From Candidatus Poribacteria bacterium (lineage in GTDB: Bacteria; Poribacteria; WGA-4E; WGA-3G), in assembly GCA_965242965.1 (NCBI GenBank), contig OZ251518.1, positions 3,680,001-3,744,000 on the forward strand: a stretch of DNA of 64,000 nucleotides, read 5' to 3'. The position numbers were made by a program, and so were the translations under genes. Positions 21,274 through 30,974 of the stretch are shown here, piece by piece (position 1 is the first letter of the stretch; the number at the start of each line of letters is the position of its first letter). Under the pieces are notes generated by a model. It had not been told where the DNA came from and did no database searches. It worked only from the letters and a program-made list of their open reading frames with translations.

Positions 21274-24003
21274 CTACACGACGATATTAATCAGCCGATT
21301 CGGCACCACGATAACTTTACGGATAGGCTTACCAGCAACGAAACGCTGGATACGTTCATCAGCAAGGGCGGCTTCTTCGATGGCTTTGTCCGAAGCATCG
21401 GCAGGCAACTCCAGCCGATTGCGGAGTTTTCCGTTAACCTGCGCGACAATCGTTACCGTGGCCTCTGCCAGCACCTGTTCGTCGTGAACGGGCCAGGTTT
21501 CGTGCGCGATGAGTTCTGCCTCGCCGAGGCGATGCCACAACTCCTGCGCGATGTGCGGCGCATACGGCGCAAGAAGCCGAAGGAACACTTTCAACGTCGC
21601 CTTTGGAATCGTCTCCGCCTGCGTCGCGTTATTGACGAAAATCATCATCGCACTGACAGCGGTGTTCATTTTGTCAATGGATTCGGTATCCTCTGTCACC
21701 TGCTTGATAGTTTGGTGGAGTTCCTTCCAGAGTTGCGGGTTGCTGGCACCCGGTGCATCGGTGAGCCGTTTGCTCAATTCGCCGTTCTCTTCGTTCACAA
21801 CGAGCCGCCAGACGCGCTGGAGGAACCGATGAACTCCCTCTACACCGGCGGTTTGCCACGGGGTGCTCGCCGTGACAGGGCCAATGAACAGGAGGTAAAG
21901 CCGAATCGAATCCGCTCCGTATGTATCAATGACATCGTTCGGGTTGATACCGTTGAGTTTCGATTTGGACATCTTCTCCATCTGCGCGCTGAGGGGTGTC
22001 CCGGTAGATTTCTCGACGAACGCGCCATCTTTCTCCGCTACGTCGTGCGGATAGTAGTATTTCCCCGCTGCGTCTTGATAAGATTCAGCGAGAATTGTGC
22101 CTTGATTGACTAGCCCTTGGAACGGTTCTTTCGTTGAGACGAGGCCGCAATCATAAAGCACCTTATGCCAAAAGCGCGCGTAGAGCAGATGAAGCACCGC
22201 GTGCTCAGTGCCGCCCATGTAAAGATCTACGGGCATCCAATAGCGTTCCAACTCGCTGTCCCACGGAGCTTCGGCGTTGTGCGCGTCCAGATAGCGGAGA
22301 TAATACCAGCACGAACCAGCCCATTGCGGCATGATGTTGGTTTCTCGGCGCGCCTTCCTGCCATCGGGAAGTATGATATTCAACCACTCGTCTGAAGCGC
22401 GCGCAAGCGGGGGTTCGCCATCAGCTGTCGGTTTATAGGCATCGACAGAGGGCAATTCAATCGGCAGTGCTTCATCGGGTAGCGGGACGATGCTTCCGTT
22501 TTCCTCCCCGTTTTCCCCATCATTTGCAACGTGCGCCAGTGGGAACGGTTCACCCCAATAACGTTGCCGGGAGAAGAGCCAATCGCGCAGACGATACTGG
22601 ACCTGCCGCGTGCCTTTCTTCTCGCTTTCTAGCCACGCTATCATCGTCTCCTTTGCGTCAGCGACGCGCAGCCCGTTGAGGAACCCGCTGTTGACGCAGA
22701 CACCGTCGCCGACGAAAGGTCTTTTTGTTGTTCGCAAGGCGTTCGATAACGTGTCCCGTGCAATCACGTCTCTCTCCGTAAATCCGTCATTGACGTTGTC
22801 AATGACTACGTTTTTGATAGAAGGACCAGAAGGGGTTTCTTCTGTGGAAGATGCACGGTTAGAAACCGCGCCTACAGGCGACGTTTCCTCTTTGAGCGGT
22901 TGGATCACCGCAACGATAGGGAGCCCGAAGGCTGTGGCAAACTCGTGGTCCCGTTCGTCGTGCCCCGGCACCCCCATGATGGCACCCGTGCCGTAGGTAA
23001 TCAGCACATAGTCCGCCACCCAGATAGGGATAGGTTCGTTGTTCGCCGGGTTGATGGCATAAGCCCCCGTGAAAACGCCTGTTTTTTCTATCGCCAGGTC
23101 CGTCCGCTGCAAGTCAGATTTGTTAACGGCTTCCTTGACGTAGTCGGTAACAGCGGCTTCTTGTTCCGGTGATGTGATTTCGGCGACGAGCGGATGTTCT
23201 GGTGCCAGCACGCAGTAAGTCGCGCCGAAGAGGGTATCCGGCCGCGTGGTAAAGACGGTGAATGTGCTATCGCTATCTGTCACTTGGAAGTGAACCTCTG
23301 CGCCTTCGGACTTGCCGATCCAGTGGCGTTGCATCTCCTTGAGGCCATCGGGCCAGTCAAGTTCCCCGAGGTCAGCGAGGAGACGTTCGGCGTAGGCGGT
23401 GATTTTAAGCATCCACTGCCGCATGAGACGGCGTTCCACCGGGTCACCGGTGTCGACATATTTTCCGTCTTTGACTTCCTCGTTTGAGAGGACGGTGCCG
23501 AGTGCTGGGCACCAATTGACAGGGACATCGGCGAGGTATGCCAGTCCTTTTTCATAAAGGCGGAGGAACATCCACTGCGTCCATTTGTAGTAGTCAGGCG
23601 CGGAGGTGTCGATTTCGCGCGTCCAATCGTATGAGAAGCCGAGGCGTTGTATCTGCTGCCGGAAGGTATCGGTATTCCGCCGTGTGATAATGGCGGGGTG
23701 TATATCTTCACGCACCGCGGTGCGTTCGGTGGGGAGCCCGAAGGCATCCCAGCCCATCGGGTGCATGACGTGATACCCCTGCATGCGCCGGAAATTCGCG
23801 AGGACATCGGTGGGGACGTAGTTTTTCGGGTGCCCCATGTGCAGCCCCGCGCCGGAGGCGTAAGGGAACATGCCTAGCACATAAAATTTAGGCTTCTGTT
23901 TCAAGATGTGAATGTCGTTTGGTATTTTGAATGCCTCGCGTTCGCGCCAGACTGCCTGCCAGTGCGGCTCAATTTCTGCGGGGACATAACCGTGATTTTC
24001 CAT
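21274..24003 (-). CDS. leuS: Leucine--tRNA ligase
   Basis: [43 protein letters not shown]. Confidence 0.97.
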   Translation of the reverse strand: MENHGYVPAEIEPHWQAVWREREAFKIPNDIHILKQKPKFYVLGMFPYASGAGLHMGHPKNYVPTDVLANFRRMQGYHVMHPMGWDAFGLPTERTAVREDIHPAIITRRNTDTFRQQIQRLGFSYDWTREIDTSAPDYYKWTQWMFLRLYEKGLAYLADVPVNWCPALGTVLSNEEVKDGKYVDTGDPVERRLMRQWMLKITAYAERLLADLGELDWPDGLKEMQRHWIGKSEGAEVHFQVTDSDSTFTVFTTRPDTLFGATYCVLAPEHPLVAEITSPEQEAAVTDYVKEAVNKSDLQRTDLAIEKTGVFTGAYAINPANNEPIPIWVADYVLITYGTGAIMGVPGHDERDHEFATAFGLPIVAVIQPLKEETSPVGAVSNRASSTEETPSGPSIKNVVIDNVNDGFTERDVIARDTLSNALRTTKRPFVGDGVCVNSGFLNGLRVADAKETMIAWLESEKKGTRQVQYRLRDWLFSRQRYWGEPFPLAHVANDGENGEENGSIVPLPDEALPIELPSVDAYKPTADGEPPLARASDEWLNIILPDGRKARRETNIMPQWAGSCWYYLRYLDAHNAEAPWDSELERYWMPVDLYMGGTEHAVLHLLYARFWHKVLYDCGLVSTKEPFQGLVNQGTILAESYQDAAGKYYYPHDVAEKDGAFVEKSTGTPLSAQMEKMSKSKLNGINPNDVIDTYGADSIRLYLLFIGPVTASTPWQTAGVEGVHRFLQRVWRLVVNEENGELSKRLTDAPGASNPQLWKELHQTIKQVTEDTESIDKMNTAVSAMMIFVNNATQAETIPKATLKVFLRLLAPYAPHIAQELWHRLGEAELIAHETWPVHDEQVLAEATVTIVAQVNGKLRNRLELPADASDKAIEEAALADERIQRFVAGKPIRKVIVVPNRLINIVV

Positions 24004-24151
24004 TTTTTCGTAGTGTAGCCAAGCGTTCGGCAGTATTTCGGACGAACGCCGGTGCCTCCTTCGTTAAGTTTGGCATTGAAGGGCTCTAACGAACTGTGCT
24101 GCTCAGAGACTTCCAATGCCGTGCGATGAAAGTTGCGTGGGGATGCGCGGT

Positions 24152-24364
24152 TTAATTCAGCGCGCTAATAATCGATGCGACCGCGCCTGCCAGTGCTCCT
24201 ACGCCGAGCAGTGCCGCGAGCCCGCCGAAAATGTAGTTGAGCCGTTTTTCAACGGCGGACAGACGTTCCTCAATCTTGTCAACGCGCGCGTTGAGATTAC
24301 CGACATCTGTCTTGAGTTCGTCCAATTTCTGTAGTGCTCGTTTTTGGAATTCTTCGTTCGTCAT
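24152..24364 (-). CDS. Small coiled-coil protein with C-terminal TM helix (tandem copy 1)
   Basis: AAGGAGG SD before MTNEEFQK; heptads followed by IFGGLAALLGVGALAGAVASII. Confidence 0.65.
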   Translation of the reverse strand: MTNEEFQKRALQKLDELKTDVGNLNARVDKIEERLSAVEKRLNYIFGGLAALLGVGALAGAVASIISALN

Positions 24365-24412
24365 TGCCGAGGCCTCCTTTGCCATGAAAGTTGCGTGGTG
24401 CCGATGCGCGGG

Positions 24413-24604
24413 TTAATTCAGCGCGCTAATAATCGATGCGACTGCGCCTGCCAGTGCCCCTACGCCGAGCAGTGCGGCGAGCCCGCCGAAAATGTAGTTG
24501 AGCCGCTTTTCAACGGAGGACAGACGTTCCTCAATCTTGTCAACGCACGTGTTGAGTTCGTCCAATTTCTGTAGCACCTGTTTTTGGAATTCTTCGTTCG
24601 TCAT
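24413..24604 (-). CDS. Small coiled-coil protein with C-terminal TM helix (tandem copy 2)
   Basis: Near-identical to copy 1 but one heptad shorter; AAGGAGG SD. Confidence 0.65.
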   Translation of the reverse strand: MTNEEFQKQVLQKLDELNTCVDKIEERLSSVEKRLNYIFGGLAALLGVGALAGAVASIISALN

Positions 24605-25000
24605 TTGTTTCGTATCCTCCTTAAGTGTTGATTTCAGTGTTTGCAAGGCGCGCTGCAAATGGACTCCTCTCTGTAGTTTGTGATCGCCTGATCACAAACA
24701 GGTAAGGAGCAGGTGCTCCTTACCTACAGGGCCCGGCGAGCGAGCGATGGCGGGGCCTGTCCCTCGCCCTACGATGACATGCCGTTTTTTCCCGTAGCGC
24801 GGGGGCCTGTCCCCCGCGATTGTTGGATTGCGCGAGGCATGGCGAGGGACAGGCCCTCGCCCTACGATGAAGGGGGGGTTCTGCCGCCGCGGCCCCGGGA
24901 GGCGCGCCGCTCTATTGCATCGAGACCAGGAGAGCTCTCCTACACAGATTTATGAAACCCCCTGCAAACCAATATATCTATTAAAACATATTATGCAAGG

Positions 25001-25470
25001 TTGACATACTCCCTACACGCTAAAGACGGCTGGCACATGTGCCAGACCTCGTGGGGATTCAATGGTGTCGGTATCCCGTTGCTTTGTGTGGAATTCTGCG
25101 ATGTGTGCGACCGACCGCACGCGTGAGATGCATGGTTACCCGCGTCTGACACTCACTCTCACACTAGACTGATGCCCCGCCTAGATGATGGGTGGTAGAT
25201 AACCGAACAATGCAGCATAACCCGACTTTCGCCCGGTCATCTACCGTCGGTGTTTTACAGGGTCTCACCTGCAACCCGCCAACGCCTCTTTCCACAGAGA
25301 CAGATAGGCACCGCGACTTGGATTGCCGCGGGTGGAAACGCCTATCCAGCAGGTTACAGATAGTATACCACATTTCTTTTTGCAATGCAAGTCTTTTTTT
25401 TCATTCTATACCGTTAGCGATGTCTACATCCCGCAGTCTGAAGACTAGGGATTTGACATCGAAGATGTGG
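25001..25470 (-). mobile_element. Non-autonomous IS200/IS605-family-like element (no transposase or TnpB ORF)
   Basis: Minus-strand 3' end GAATCCCCAC...TTTAGCGTGTAGGGAGTATGTCAA resembles IS605 right ends; subterminal hairpin ATCCC(TA)GTCTTCAGACTGCGGGAT at the other end, next to TTAA. Confidence 0.6.
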
Positions 25471-25520
25471 TTAATGCAAGGAAATTTTTATGCATCGCGG
25501 TATTGTGGCGATAAAAAAAC

Positions 25521-25549
25521 TTGACACGTTAAATTTTTTGCGGTATACT
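25521..25549 (+). promoter_or_regulatory. Putative sigma70 promoter of the TA operon
   Basis: TTGACA-17nt-TATACT. Confidence 0.6.
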
Positions 25550-25651
25550 GAATGGATAAACGGGACAGGCCCCGCGCTACGGTTATTTTGTCGTTCGGGT
25601 TTGCCTGATGCCGGATGGAAACAAGAGAAAAAAGATAACGGAGGACAAACC

Positions 25652-25906
25652 ATGCCAACGGTTGCACTGACAACCCAACAGATTATCGGATGCATCCAGC
25701 AGATGTCACCCGAAGAACGATTCAAGGCACTGCGGGTGCTTGCTAGAAGCACACCCAAAGCACGCGAATTGCAAATGAAACACTCTGAACCTAGCATCCG
25801 TCAGGAGTGCGCGCAGCGCGGACTGGATTGGGACGCGATGGACGATGAAGAGCGGCTCGATTTTATTAACGACATCATCCATGAGGACCGCGCATGCCCC
25901 CCATAG
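25652..25906 (+). CDS. Putative antitoxin
   Basis: 84 aa from ATG 25652 (GGAGG SD); overlaps the PIN toxin gene. Confidence 0.6.
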   Translation: MPTVALTTQQIIGCIQQMSPEERFKALRVLARSTPKARELQMKHSEPSIRQECAQRGLDWDAMDDEERLDFINDIIHEDRACPP

Positions 25907-26298
25907 TCGTCTACGATACCAACGTGCTCTTCTCTTGGACACGCTGGCGGGGCACGCCTTACCGATGTGTTGAACTCGCGCGGCACGGCATCGTCGTGGG
26001 ACTGATTTGTGATGAACTCCTGGATGAGCTCGTCGGCGTGCTCGCCCGCAGGAAATACCCCATCACAGAAATTCTCAGCAAACAAGAAGATCTTGTCACT
26101 TTCCTCAAGTTCGTTGAGATTCCTCGTCAGCTCCATGGAGTCTGTGCCGATCCCGATGACGACATGGTGATTGAATGCGCTGTCGTCGGTGGGGCAACCC
26201 ACCTCATCACCGGTGACACAAAGCACCTGTTACCTCTTCAACGTTATCAGGGGGTACTCATCGTGTCGCCCGCCGAGTTCATTGAGCAGTTCCCCTAA
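25894..26298 (+). CDS. PIN-domain (VapC-like) toxin
   Basis: VVYDTNVL, DPDDDMVIECAV, LITGD.KHLL. Confidence 0.85.
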   Translation: MPPIVVYDTNVLFSWTRWRGTPYRCVELARHGIVVGLICDELLDELVGVLARRKYPITEILSKQEDLVTFLKFVEIPRQLHGVCADPDDDMVIECAVVGGATHLITGDTKHLLPLQRYQGVLIVSPAEFIEQFP

Positions 26299-26671
26299 CC
26301 AGTCCCGCGTTTTTTATCGGGAAGGCGAACGGGTTTCCCTATAGAGGGATGCGCGTCACAGAAAGATCGCGGGGGACAGGCCCCCGCGCTACGGTGATAG
26401 GTGGCGTTTTCAGTTCGCGGGGGACAGGCCCCCGCGCTCCGGTGATGGATGGCGGCTCCAATTCCCGCGCGACGTTAGCCGCGATGCAAAATTTGTCACA
26501 AATTTTTAACTGTTTCTCAAAACAATCGTAACATTTAAACGGTAAAGTCCATTACGAACGAATTTGGAGAACGCAAATGCCGCGCTATTGCAGCGCGCAG
26601 GATGACACAACACTTCAACACGGAGGAACTAGTTCGGTGGAAAACCGATTCCTCCACTACGGAGAAGAAAG

Positions 26672-28117
26672 ATGAGAGACAAATTATCGCGGCGGCAGTT
26701 TTTACGCACCAGCGCGCTCGCCAGTGCATCCATCGCTGTCAGCCTCGGTTTTATAGGATGTAACCGCGCCTTACTCGACAACATCCCCGGTTTCAAACCT
26801 GAGCTGCCCTATCAATTCACGCCCAGCGCGAACCGACTCCTCGACCTGCCGGAAGGCTTCACCGCCAACGCTGTCTCACGAACCGGCGAGATGATGGACG
26901 ATGGACTCTGGGTTCCGGGTAAACACGACGGCATGGCCGCCTTCCCCGGCCCCAACGGGAAAACCATCCTCATCCGCAATCACGAATTGAACGCAACCGA
27001 CAAGACGCTCGGGGCATTTGGATGGAATAATGAGAAGATTGCGCGCGCGGAGAGTGACAAATTCTACGATACCGGTTCTGGAGAGACACCCGGACTCGGA
27101 GGCACGACGACGCTTGTCTATGACACCCGCACAGCGGAATTGGATAAGCATTTCCTGAGTTTAGTCGGCACAATCCGCAATTGTGCCGGCGGACTGACTC
27201 CCTGGCAGACATGGATTACCTGCGAGGAAACCGTCCAAAAGGCAGAGAAAACTTACGAACAGGACCACGGTTACAACTTTGAAGTGCCTGTCTCTGCTAC
27301 CATCGGACTTGCAACGCCTATCCCACTCAAGGCGATGGGACGGTTCAACCACGAGGCTATCGCCGTGGACTCGCGCACCGGCATTGTCTACCAGACCGAG
27401 GATAGAAACGATGGACTCATCTATCGGTTTATTCCTGAACAGCAAGGCGAGCTCGCTAAAGGCGGCCGCCTGCAGGCACTCAAAATCCGCGATGTCAAAG
27501 GCGCGGATACCCGAAATTGGAAAAGCGGCACGCAACAGTTTTTCCCATGGACATACAAACCTTTCCCGGTAGGCGAAGTTCTGGATGTCGCATGGGTGGA
27601 TATTGAGAACGTGGAGTCGCCGAAGGATGATCTTCGCAGACAAGGCATTGAGGGAAAAGACGCTGCCAAATTCGCACGCGGCGAAGGAGTATGGTTCAGC
27701 GGCACCGATTTCTATATCGCCTGCACGAACGGCGGCATCAAGCGAAAAGGGCAAATCTGGCGATACACACCCAGCCCTTACGAAGGCACAACCGACGAAG
27801 AAAAACAGCCTGGCACGCTGCAACTCTTCATTGAACCGAACGATAGCAATCTCCTCGAAAACGCCGATAACCTGACCGTGACACCGTGGGGAGATCTGAT
27901 TCTCTGTGAGGACGGACCGAGGGAGCAATTTTTGGTAGGCGTAACGCCGGAGGGGCATCTCTATCGATTCGCGCGTAACGCCGGCAATACCTCCGAATTA
28001 GCAGGCGCGACGTTCTCACCCGATGGCACGACGTTGTTCATAAATATCCAGAATCAAGGAATTACGCTTGCGATCACGGGCCCATGGCATGAGATTCGCC
28101 AGCGGCCGTTGGGGTGA
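26672..28117 (+). CDS. PhoX/DUF839-family alkaline phosphatase with Tat signal
   Basis: SRRQFL Tat motif; HDGMAAF, RNHE, NCAGGLTPW..WITCEE, MGRFNHEA, NADNLTV..CED, SELAGATFSPDG. Confidence 0.88.
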   Translation: MRDKLSRRQFLRTSALASASIAVSLGFIGCNRALLDNIPGFKPELPYQFTPSANRLLDLPEGFTANAVSRTGEMMDDGLWVPGKHDGMAAFPGPNGKTILIRNHELNATDKTLGAFGWNNEKIARAESDKFYDTGSGETPGLGGTTTLVYDTRTAELDKHFLSLVGTIRNCAGGLTPWQTWITCEETVQKAEKTYEQDHGYNFEVPVSATIGLATPIPLKAMGRFNHEAIAVDSRTGIVYQTEDRNDGLIYRFIPEQQGELAKGGRLQALKIRDVKGADTRNWKSGTQQFFPWTYKPFPVGEVLDVAWVDIENVESPKDDLRRQGIEGKDAAKFARGEGVWFSGTDFYIACTNGGIKRKGQIWRYTPSPYEGTTDEEKQPGTLQLFIEPNDSNLLENADNLTVTPWGDLILCEDGPREQFLVGVTPEGHLYRFARNAGNTSELAGATFSPDGTTLFINIQNQGITLAITGPWHEIRQRPLG

Positions 28118-28137
28118 TGTAGATGTCCTGTGCTTTC

Positions 28138-29055
28138 CCCGTAGCGCGGGGGCCTGTCCCCCGCGATCACCATCATTACGAGGTGCGTCTAGGTCCTTTA
28201 GGACCTAAATGTCTATAGCAACCCGTGTCGTGCCGTTTTCAAGGTCCTTTAGGTCCTTAATAAAAACCATGCGCCGCAAAACACATTAAGGACCTAAAGG
28301 ACCTTAACTCTCTTCGCGTCCTCAAGTGCTATAGACATTAAGGACCTAAAGGACCTTAAGAGCCGTTTTTTTTCTAGTGCGGACGCTGGCGAGGGACAGG
28401 CCCTCGCCCTACGATGAAGGGAGACGGCCTCGACAACCGTAGCGCGGGGGCCTGTCCCCCGCGATCGTTCCTTGCAAGAACCGTTTTTTCCACCGTAGCG
28501 CGGGGGCCTGTCCCCCGCGATCGTTGGGGTACGCGGACGATTCGCCACCCCATCTGTAGTTCGGGAGCGCCCGCTCCCGAAACGGGTCAAGAGCAGGTGC
28601 TCTTGACCTACAGAGAAGAGGAGGTCTGGTGCCTGAACGATGGCGAGGGACAGGCCCCCGCCCTACGGTAGCGCGTGCGTTTTTTGTTGGTGACCGCGGG
28701 GATGCGTTTTTTTTCACCGTAGCGCGGGGGCCTGTCCCCCGCGATCGTTGGGATACGCGGACGATTCGCTCCCCCATCTGTAGTTCGGGAGCGCCCGCTC
28801 CCGCACGGGTCAAGAGCAGGCGCTCTTGCCCTACAGAGAAGAGGGAGGAGGTCTGGCGATCGAACGATGGCGAGGGACAGGCCCTCGCCCTACGGTAACC
28901 CGTGCGTTTTTTGTTGGTGACCGCGGGGATGCGTTTTTTCCCCGTAGCGCGGGGGCCTGTCCCCCGCGATCGTCAAATTACGCGTGCCTGAACGATGGCT
29001 GGGGAAACCCGCTCGAATGCGCGTATGGCATCCGAGGGCCCAAGCCCTACGATAA
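28138..29055. repeat. REP cluster with long AGGTCCT palindrome (28189-28360) and duplicated REP doublet units
   Basis: Repeated CGTAGCGCGGGGGCCTGTCCCCCGCGATC and GTAGTTCGGGAGCGCCCGCTCCCG modules. Confidence 0.85.
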
Positions 29056-29106
29056 CACGAACCGTTTTTTTTTTCATTAAATGCAAAACAATTGGGAGAA
29101 AAACAC

Positions 29107-29331
29107 ATGCCAATTCAGTGGAGAAACCACATCACCAGCACGCCGGACATCTTACGCGGAAAACCGCGCCTCAAAGGCACCCGCATTCCCGTGAGCCTCA
29201 TCCTCGGATACTTAGCCGCCGGCGCAACATCGGCAGACATTCTCGCGGATTTTCCAGACCTCGAGGCACATCAGATTCACGCCTGTCTCGATTATGCACG
29301 CGAATTAGCCGAATTTGAGGTAGCCACTTAA
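29107..29331 (+). CDS. DUF433 antitoxin-like protein
   Basis: HITSTPDILRGKPRLKGTRIPV..IL..LAAG, DFPDL...I.ACL.YA. Confidence 0.88.
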   Translation: MPIQWRNHITSTPDILRGKPRLKGTRIPVSLILGYLAAGATSADILADFPDLEAHQIHACLDYARELAEFEVAT

Positions 29332-29523
29332 TGCGCTTGCAATTCCTGGCAGATCACTGTGTGCCAACCCTCGTGGTTGAAAGCCTTCAAGCCGCCGGCC
29401 ACGAAGTGACACGACTCAGAGATTGGCTCCCCGGAATCACCGGATGAACATGTTATCGCAAAAGCGCAAGAATTGGCGGCGATCCTCCTCACGCTCAACG
29501 GCGACTTCGCGCACCATCTGTAG
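29331..29523 (+). pseudogene. DUF5615 PIN-like toxin remnant, frameshifted and truncated by a REP array
   Basis: MRLQFLADHCVP..GHEV..LRDWLP stops early; PDEHVIAKAQELAAILLTLNGDF continues in another frame, then runs into a REP. Confidence 0.7.
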
Positions 29524-30660
29524 TTCGGGAGTGCCCGCTCCCGAACGGGTCAAGAGCAGGCGCTCTTGACCTACAGAAGGAGACACGTCGTTTTCACCGT
29601 AGCGCGGGGGCCTGTCCCCCGCGATCGTTGCATGGCGAGGGACAGGCCCTCGCCCTACGGTGGAGGGGAGGCGGCCTTGACAACCGTAGCGCGGGGGCCT
29701 GTCCCCCGCGATCGTTGGGGTACGCGGACGATTCGCCACCCCATCTGTAGTTCGGGAGCGCCTGCTCCCGAACGGGTCAGGATCAGGCGATCTTGACCTA
29801 CAGAGAAGAGGGGGTCTGGTGCCTGAACGATGGCGAGGGACAGGCCCTCGCCCTACGGTATCGCGTGCGTTTTTTGTTCGACAACGCGGGAGACGTTTTT
29901 TTCACCGTAGCGCGTGGACCTGTCCCCCGCGATCGTTGGGATACGCGGACGATTCGCCACCCATCTGTAGTTCGGGAGTGCCCGCTCCCGCACGGGTCAA
30001 GAGCAGGCGCTCTTGCCCTACAGAGAAAAGGGAGGAGGTCTGGTGCCTGAACGCTGGCGAGGGACAGGCCTATAAACGGGGCTGCTGGGGTCTCCATTAG
30101 GGGATGCTGGTGCCTGAACGCTGGCGAGGGACAGGCCCTCGCCCTACGGTAGCGCGTGCGTTTTTTGTTCGACAACGCGGGAGACGTTTTTTTCACCGTA
30201 GCGCGGGGGCCTGTCCCCCGCGATCGTTCGATCGCGCGGACGATTCGCCCTCCCCCTTCTGTAGTTTGTGATCGCCTGATCACAAACGGGTCAAGAGCAG
30301 GTGCTCTTGACCTACAGAGGGACGGGTCTGGTGCCTGAACGCTGGCGAGGGACAGGCCCTCGCCCTACGGTAAACAGCACGCTTTTTTCACCGTAGCGCG
30401 GGGCCTGTCCCCCGCGAGCATTGATTACCCCAATCATCTGTAGGGCAAGATTAGGCGATTTTGAATTATTGATTCTATCGCTGCAATGCGAGGGACAGGC
30501 CCTCGCGCTACGAGCACCGGGGACGATTTCCTACGAAGTATTATACCAAATTTGGAAAATGAATTTGACAAATTTGGTGAAAAATGGTAGTATTGTTAGA
30601 AATTAGGATGGAGACTATCAATACAACGCGAGGGACAGGCCCTCGCGCTACGGGGCCCGA
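29518..30660. repeat. Large REP cluster
   Basis: Multiple tandem and inverted GTAG palindromes with repeated spacers. Confidence 0.85.
30565..30593 (+). promoter_or_regulatory. Putative sigma70 promoter of the LRR surface-protein gene
   Basis: TTGACA-17nt-TAGTAT. Confidence 0.45.
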
Positions 30661-30974
30661 GGACGATGTCCTACGCCGAAAACGGGCACCGAAGACGATT
30701 TCTGTTGGATAACCCACTCGTGAAAACGAGATAGGAGATACGCCATGAAGATCCGAATTGCTATTAACACCGCTATGAAACACGCCGCGCGCGTGCCGTT
30801 TGCTGCTTTGCAGACTAACTGCGAGGCATTCAGTCGATTTACCCCCCCTTCACTCGACACCCGTTAACTCCAGGCCTCACAAGGCAACATCGGCGTTCTT
30901 TCGGAGATTCCGGCCGTGAACGCCGGACTGCCGCCAACATTCGCTTACCCGGTAACGTCGGCGTTCTTCTGGCG

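Noticed and set aside
24004-24150. T-box or attenuator upstream of leuS (or of leuC)
   Set aside because: No T-box consensus, Leu-rich leader peptide or clear terminator found
25164-25524. Short ORFs inside the IS605-like element as tnpA/tnpB remnants
   Set aside because: No HUH, RuvC or zinc-finger motifs recognisable
28294-30338. Many short ORFs with ARGPVPR / GTGPRAT / DRPSPY peptides (also 11114-11854, 34368-35216 and others)
   Set aside because: Translations of REP palindromes, not genes
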